Assembly (NCBI GenBank): GCA_963776805.1
Contig: CAVZOD010000028.1
Coordinates: 369,657 to 401,656, forward strand
DNA: 32,000 nucleotides
Direction of reading: 5' to 3'
From: Bryobacterales bacterium
Lineage (GTDB): Bacteria > Acidobacteriota > Terriglobia > Bryobacterales > Bryobacteraceae
Shown here: in pieces, positions 26,324 to 32,000 of the stretch
Layout of the letters: each line of letters begins with the position of its first letter
Position numbering within the stretch: the first letter of the stretch is position 1
Program-made: the position numbers and the translations under genes
Notes under the pieces: model-generated
What the model saw: only the letters and a program-made list of their open reading frames with translations
Databases searched by the model: none
What the model was told of the DNA's origin: nothing

Positions 26324-27622
26324 CTACTTGGTGAAAATGGTCGCTTCGATATTCATACCCGGACGCAGCACTTGATTGCCGCCAGGAATGGGATCGAGCA
26401 CGATCTTCACCGGGATTCTTTGAACCACCTTGACGTAGTTGCCGGTGGCGTTCTCCGGCGGCAGCAGGCTGAGGCGCGTGCCAGTGGCGGCGGCGAGCGA
26501 ATCCACGTGGCCGGAATAAGTTTTACCGCTCAAATCGGCCTTCACTTCCGCTCGCTGGCCGGTTCGGACGTCAGCCAGCTGCGTCTCCTTGAAGTTCGCG
26601 GTCACCCACACGTCCTGCAACGGAACCAGCATCAGCAGACCCTGGCCCTGTTGCACCACTTGCCCCACTTCGACGGTCTTCTTTGTTACCACGCCATCCA
26701 CGGGAGCCACAATCGTCGTGTAGCTCAAATCCAGTTTGGCGGCTTCCAGGTTGGCGTGCGCTTGAGCAATGCTGGCCGCGGCGGATGTAGCATCGGCCAC
26801 GCGAACCGGCACCTGGCGTTGGGTAGCCTTGGCTTGCAGGATGCCTGCTTGTGCTTCGGCGATGCGGGCTTGGGCTGACGATAAAGCCGCCTTCTTTGTT
26901 TCCGCATCCTTGGTTACCGATGCCAGCTTGTCCTGGGCCGCCTGCAATTGACTGAGCGCCACGCGCGTGGATGAGGCGTACGAATCATAATCCAGCCGCG
27001 AGATCTCTTCTTTATCGACGAGAGTCTTCATGCGGTTCAGGTCCGCTTGCGCGTGATCCGCGGTGGCCTGCGCGGTTTCCACATTAGCGCGTGCCACTGC
27101 GATGTCGGCCGTGGAAGCGCGCTCGGATTCCACCTTGGCTTGATCGTAATCGGCCCGCGCGGCGGCCAGCTGCGCTTCGGCTGCCGTAACGCTGCTGCCG
27201 GTGGTGTCGCGAGTAAGCGGCACGCCGGCGTTGGCTCCCTGAGCCTGGCTTTCCGCTACCGCCACGGCGGCCTGCGCCTGGTCCACTTTGGCCTGGTAAT
27301 CCCGCGGATCGATCCGCACCAGCACCTGGCCCTGCTTCACCTGCTGATTGTCATCCACCAACACTTCGAGCACCTTGCCGTAAATCTTGGGCGAAACAGG
27401 AATGATGTGCCCATCCACCTGCGCGTCGTCGGTGGATACGCGATTCAGAGAGTGGACCCACAAGTACACGCCGATGCCCGCCAGCACCGCCAGCGTCCCG
27501 AAGATGGCGAGCTTGCGCGATGAGCCTTTCGGCCGTGGCGGCACTGCTCGAGCTTCGGTGATCCGCGGCTCCGGCTTGGCTAACTCCTGCTCGTGTTCTT
27601 GATCCACAGTTTCTGATTCCAT
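26324..27622 (-). CDS. HlyD-family secretion protein (EmrA-type adaptor)
   Basis: 432 aa with a GAGGAAGG RBS. It has a single N-terminal TM helix, STDDAQVDGHIIPVSPKIYGKVLEVLVDDNQ.V..GQVL, a long coiled coil, and C-terminal QRIPVKIVLD. Confidence 0.9.
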   Translation of the reverse strand: MESETVDQEHEQELAKPEPRITEARAVPPRPKGSSRKLAIFGTLAVLAGIGVYLWVHSLNRVSTDDAQVDGHIIPVSPKIYGKVLEVLVDDNQQVKQGQVLVRIDPRDYQAKVDQAQAAVAVAESQAQGANAGVPLTRDTTGSSVTAAEAQLAAARADYDQAKVESERASTADIAVARANVETAQATADHAQADLNRMKTLVDKEEISRLDYDSYASSTRVALSQLQAAQDKLASVTKDAETKKAALSSAQARIAEAQAGILQAKATQRQVPVRVADATSAAASIAQAHANLEAAKLDLSYTTIVAPVDGVVTKKTVEVGQVVQQGQGLLMLVPLQDVWVTANFKETQLADVRTGQRAEVKADLSGKTYSGHVDSLAAATGTRLSLLPPENATGNYVKVVQRIPVKIVLDPIPGGNQVLRPGMNIEATIFTK

Positions 27623-27636
27623 TCTCTTTCCTTCCT

Positions 27637-29235
27637 CTACTTGGCGTACAGCGATTCCATCTGGCCGGTGGCGTGGGCCAGATCCGCGCGCGCTTGATTA
27701 TAGGTGTACAGGGCTACGATCTGATTATCGTTGGCGCGTGCCAATTCATCCTGCGCGGTGATCACTTCGATATTGTTCGCGACCCCGGCCTGGAACCGGT
27801 CGCGCGCCTGCGTTACTTCTTCGCGTGCCAAATCTACTCCCAGGTTGGCGACGTCCACTTCACTCTTCGCCGCGTCCAGTTGCGCGGTGGCGGTTTTCAC
27901 TTCCTGCGCGATCTGATTGCGAAGATCGGTCTGCTGCTGGGCCAGCTTTTTCAGCTCGATGTCATCGACGGCCACCTGCGCGCGGATGCGTCCGCCGGTA
28001 TAGAGCGGAACGTCCAGACTCACCGCGACGTTGTAAGCCGGGATAGCGCTGGCTGGTGACAGCCCTTGTTCGTTCCATTCGCCGTTCAATGCCAACCGCG
28101 GTACGCGGGCGTCTCGCGCGACCTTTTTCTCCAGCTCAGCGGCGCGAATCTGGGATGCGAGAGCCTTCATTTCAGGCCTCTCCGCGAAAGCCCGCTCCAT
28201 AGTCTCATCGGCTGAGAAAGCCGGCGTATGAAAGAACTCGGACAAATCCGCAAGCTCGATCTGCTGGTGCGGATCGACGTTCAGCAAGCGAGCCAGCCCG
28301 AATAGCGAAGTTGCCAGCGACGTGCGCGCTTCAATCAGCCGCTGCTGCTCGTTCTGGTATTGCACGTTGGCGCGCAGCGTATCGATGCCGGTGCCGACGC
28401 CATTCTTTTGCAAATCGGTAGCTTGATCGAAAAGCGCTTTGGCCAGTTCCACGCGCGATTGGGCCGCGCTCACGTCGGCGCTGGCCCGCAAGCTTCCCAG
28501 ATATTGCGATACCACTAGCAGCACGTCCTGCTCACGCACCGTCAGATCCTGGGCGCGCTCGCCCGTGGTATTTTCCTTGGACTCTCGCCAGCGATGCCAC
28601 GCCGCCAAATCAAACAACGGTACCGAGCCGTTGGAGCCGCCCTGGAACAACCAGAAGGGTCCGGAATGTTCCGGGAAACCGGCAACTCGCATGCCGAGGA
28701 ACGCTTCCAGATTCTCGCGCTGCACGGCTTCCGACACCGCGAGGTTGGCCTGCGGCAACAGCGCCGACCGCGCGATGGTTTGATTTTCCTGGCTCACTGC
28801 CACGTTTAGATTCGCGATCTGCACTTGAGGATTCTGCTTTAGCGCCATTTCCACCGCATCATGCAAGGTAAGGCGCAGCGGTTCCGGCGGCGCGGCCTTG
28901 GCGACTGTCGCCACCAGCACCAGCAGTAAGGCCGGCAGCATTGCGCCGCGCCGCACAAGCTTCGATTTTCCGGTGATCTCCGACACAATGGCTTCGATCA
29001 TGGGGCAAGCAGTGCGAAAGAACGCCCCTTCGCGGAAAAGCTCGGACAAAACGCGGCGGCCTTCTTCGTCGATAAACAGCGTTTCGGTGAGATCGATGAT
29101 CAGCGCCCGATGGCCCGGAAGGGAGGATGTCTGCTTCCAGGCTTGCTCCAATTCCTTTGCCCATTGGCCGATCAACTTGCCTTCCACCAGGAACGTAACA
29201 GCTTCTGGGCTGTGCTGCACTGTGATCCGTAACAT
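27637..29235 (-). CDS. TolC-family outer membrane efflux protein, read in frame with an upstream STAS-like segment
   Basis: 532-aa open frame. Residues from about 94 onward (V/M-RRGAMLPALLLVLVATVAKA | APPEP...) are a signal peptide plus two TolC repeats (LTLHDAVEMALKQNPQ; ...YNQARADLAHATG). The likely TolC start is GTG 28956 or ATG 28941. The first ~93 codons look like a STAS domain with its own strong RBS. Confidence 0.8.
   Translation of the reverse strand: MLRITVQHSPEAVTFLVEGKLIGQWAKELEQAWKQTSSLPGHRALIIDLTETLFIDEEGRRVLSELFREGAFFRTACPMIEAIVSEITGKSKLVRRGAMLPALLLVLVATVAKAAPPEPLRLTLHDAVEMALKQNPQVQIANLNVAVSQENQTIARSALLPQANLAVSEAVQRENLEAFLGMRVAGFPEHSGPFWLFQGGSNGSVPLFDLAAWHRWRESKENTTGERAQDLTVREQDVLLVVSQYLGSLRASADVSAAQSRVELAKALFDQATDLQKNGVGTGIDTLRANVQYQNEQQRLIEARTSLATSLFGLARLLNVDPHQQIELADLSEFFHTPAFSADETMERAFAERPEMKALASQIRAAELEKKVARDARVPRLALNGEWNEQGLSPASAIPAYNVAVSLDVPLYTGGRIRAQVAVDDIELKKLAQQQTDLRNQIAQEVKTATAQLDAAKSEVDVANLGVDLAREEVTQARDRFQAGVANNIEVITAQDELARANDNQIVALYTYNQARADLAHATGQMESLYAK
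28957..29235 (-). other. STAS-like (anti-sigma-antagonist fold) coding segment with no stop codon of its own
   Basis: The sequence MLRITVQHSPEAVTFLVEGKLIGQWAKELEQAW...ALIIDLTETLFIDEEGRRVLSELFREGA fits small STAS proteins. AAGAGGT lies 6-7 nt upstream of ATG 29235. The frame continues uninterrupted into the TolC signal peptide. Confidence 0.5.
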
Positions 29236-29418
29236 TCGTCTACCTCTTTCCTTAGAGGCAAGTCGCAGTCCATTGTTTCTCCCTTGGTTTTCAAATAATT
29301 GCGCGGGAGTGCCGAACGCTGGTTGCCGAAATAGCGGCGCAGGCCGAGAAATCGGCGTCTCGCGTTCTGGGGCAGACCTCTCGGGAACTAACTAGAATTC
29401 GCGGTGTCTATAGTGACG

Positions 29419-29438
29419 TGTTTGAACATGTTTGAACA
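29419..29438 (+). repeat. Perfect tandem duplication of TGTTTGAACA (2 x 10 bp) spanning the tonB start
   Basis: Read directly: copies at 29419-29428 and 29429-29438. The preferred ATG (29428-29430) is formed across the repeat junction. Confidence 0.9.
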
Positions 29439-30177
29439 ATCGCTGCTTCTCAATCAAGACACAAAAAGGCCGTGGAATTTCCTGGCATCACTGAGCGCTG
29501 AGTTACTCGTCCTCAGTTTGGTGTTGTTAGTTCCACTGCTTTATCGCGACCACTTACCGGCCGTTCATTGGAAGGACATCCTGGTTGGTCCCGTGCCGCT
29601 GACGCCGCCGCCGATTCCACAGCCGGCCGCGCGTTCGTCGAGCAGCACAAACTTGACGGCGTCGACGCCGCCGCGCCGTCCGTTCCGGTGGGATCCACGA
29701 GCCAGCCTCAGTTCAGCACCAGCCTCGCCGGCCGACTTCGCTCCCGAGACGCCGCCAACTCTGGCGCTCGGCATCGGCAGCGGAGGCAGCACGAACATGC
29801 TCGGTGCGTTCATTCCGAACGTGGTGGCGCCGCCTCCTCCCAAGCCCGTAGCAGCAACACCGAAGCAGCCCACCGCTCCCATTACGGTGGGCGGCGATGT
29901 TCAAATGGCGAAGCTCATTCGAAAGGTGACTCCGCTCTATCCGCCTCTCGCGATCACAGCGCGGATCTCAGGCGTGGTTCGCCTGATTGGCACCATTGGC
30001 AAGGACGGCACCATCCGGAATCTGCAACTGGTCAGCGGTCATCCGATGCTGGCGCGCGCCGCGCTGGAAGCGGTGCGGCAATGGGTCTACAAACCCACCT
30101 TGCTGAATGGCATGCCGGTGGAAGTGATTGCGCCGATCGAAGTAAATTTCACTTTGGGACACTCGGGCGCGACTTAG
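29428..30177 (+). CDS. tonB: Energy transducer TonB
   Basis: Track ORF 29404..30177. I chose ATG 29428 (MFEQSLLLNQ...). It has a TM anchor (LSAELLVLSLVLLVPLL), a Pro-rich spacer, and a TonB C-terminal domain (PLYPPLAITARISGVVRLIGTIGKDGTIRNLQLVSGHPML..AALEAVRQWVYKPTLLNG.PVEV). Confidence 0.88.
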   Translation: MFEQSLLLNQDTKRPWNFLASLSAELLVLSLVLLVPLLYRDHLPAVHWKDILVGPVPLTPPPIPQPAARSSSSTNLTASTPPRRPFRWDPRASLSSAPASPADFAPETPPTLALGIGSGGSTNMLGAFIPNVVAPPPPKPVAATPKQPTAPITVGGDVQMAKLIRKVTPLYPPLAITARISGVVRLIGTIGKDGTIRNLQLVSGHPMLARAALEAVRQWVYKPTLLNGMPVEVIAPIEVNFTLGHSGAT

Positions 30178-30670
30178 TAAGTCGGCGATCGTGAATAATG
30201 CGGACAGCAGCGTAAAGTACAACAAATAATGCCGATGCCAGAAGAATCAGCTCCCAAATATGCTGGCGCAGGAAAGGAAGAGTGTCCGTGCCGAGGCGCA
30301 ATCCAAGCCAGGCCAGGAACAAATAGCGCGGAACGCGAGCGGCCAGCAGCACGATGGAAAAGTTCAGTACGCTTTCTTCGAGAGCACCGGCCGAAATGAT
30401 GAAGATCTTGAGCGGCAGGGGGATGATGGGGACGAAGGCAGGTACGAAGACAGTCAGCAGGCCGTACTCATGAAACCAGGCGCGCAAGCGGTTTCCTTTG
30501 GGGCTGGAGGTGTGACGGCGGTGATATTCTTCGCCGCCTTTGCGCGCGATCAGGAACAGGATCAAGCTGCCTACTAAGGACCCCAGAATTGCAGTCAGCG
30601 CGGCCAGGTAAGCCTGGCGCCGGCTGACCACTGCGATGACGATGATCATCGCGTCCACGCCGCCCACCAT
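30149..30670 (-). CDS. DedA/YqaA-family (VTT domain) membrane protein; true start probably upstream of the first ATG
   Basis: 173 aa from ATG 30670. It has ARKGGEEY and the LLTVFVPAFVPIIPLPLKIFIISAG VTT-like core. The 41 in-frame codons upstream (30671-30793) encode ...LASWGPGGVFLLAIADSTGVP, which looks like the conserved family N-terminus. The 3' end overlaps the convergent tonB 3' end by 29 nt. Confidence 0.75.
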   Translation of the reverse strand: MVGGVDAMIIVIAVVSRRQAYLAALTAILGSLVGSLILFLIARKGGEEYHRRHTSSPKGNRLRAWFHEYGLLTVFVPAFVPIIPLPLKIFIISAGALEESVLNFSIVLLAARVPRYLFLAWLGLRLGTDTLPFLRQHIWELILLASALFVVLYAAVRIIHDRRLTKSRPSVPK

Positions 30671-30793
30671 TGGAACGCCGGTGGAATCGGCAATCGCGAG
30701 CAGAAAGACTCCGCCGGGCCCCCACGAAGCGAGGGTGGGGACGAGCTTGGTTTGAATGAATTTCCCCAGGGGCGGTTCGGCTCCGTACCAAGT

Positions 30794-32000
<1,207 letters not shown>

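Overview
High-GC (about 60% by eye) bacterial chromosomal segment. The protein styles suggest Acidobacteriota (TonB starting MFEQSLL, DinB, a small STAS domain, many HlyD/TolC efflux sets); this is inference only. All functional calls come from reading the supplied translations against family motifs from memory; no database search was run. I support about 29 protein-coding genes and saw no rRNA, tRNA, CRISPR array or transposase. Layout: (1) 1-2.8 kb, unknown membrane proteins and a secreted protein. (2) 2.9-8.5 kb and 12.4-13.4 kb, a phenolic/aromatic catabolism theme: LigB-LigA fusion dioxygenase, DinB, RutB-like amidohydrolase, MCP chemoreceptor, secreted tannase/feruloyl esterase, hydroxybenzoate-decarboxylase-type amidohydrolase. 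(3) 8.7-10.3 kb, an APC amino acid permease. (4) 10.3-12.4 kb, an AT-richer islet with one minus-strand gene encoding an ABC-type ATPase fused to a Toprim/DUF4435-like domain (defence-like). (5) 13.4-19.6 kb, the most interesting region: an AT-rich promoter plus a long structured leader, then a tightly coupled operon of a LuxI/FeeM-like N-acyltransferase, an ICMT/PEMT-type membrane methyltransferase and a DevC-DevA-DevB-type ABC exporter, followed by an LssY-like protein. I read this as a candidate pathway for making and exporting a methylated acylated small-molecule signal or lipid. (6) Housekeeping trmFO-xerC. (7) A MacA-like adaptor plus MacB-type ATPase with no permease, convergent with a (STAS)-TolC-EmrA-EmrB operon. 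(8) tonB, a DedA/YqaA-like gene with no canonical start codon for its conserved N-terminus, and a ligA gene split across two frames that runs off the right edge.
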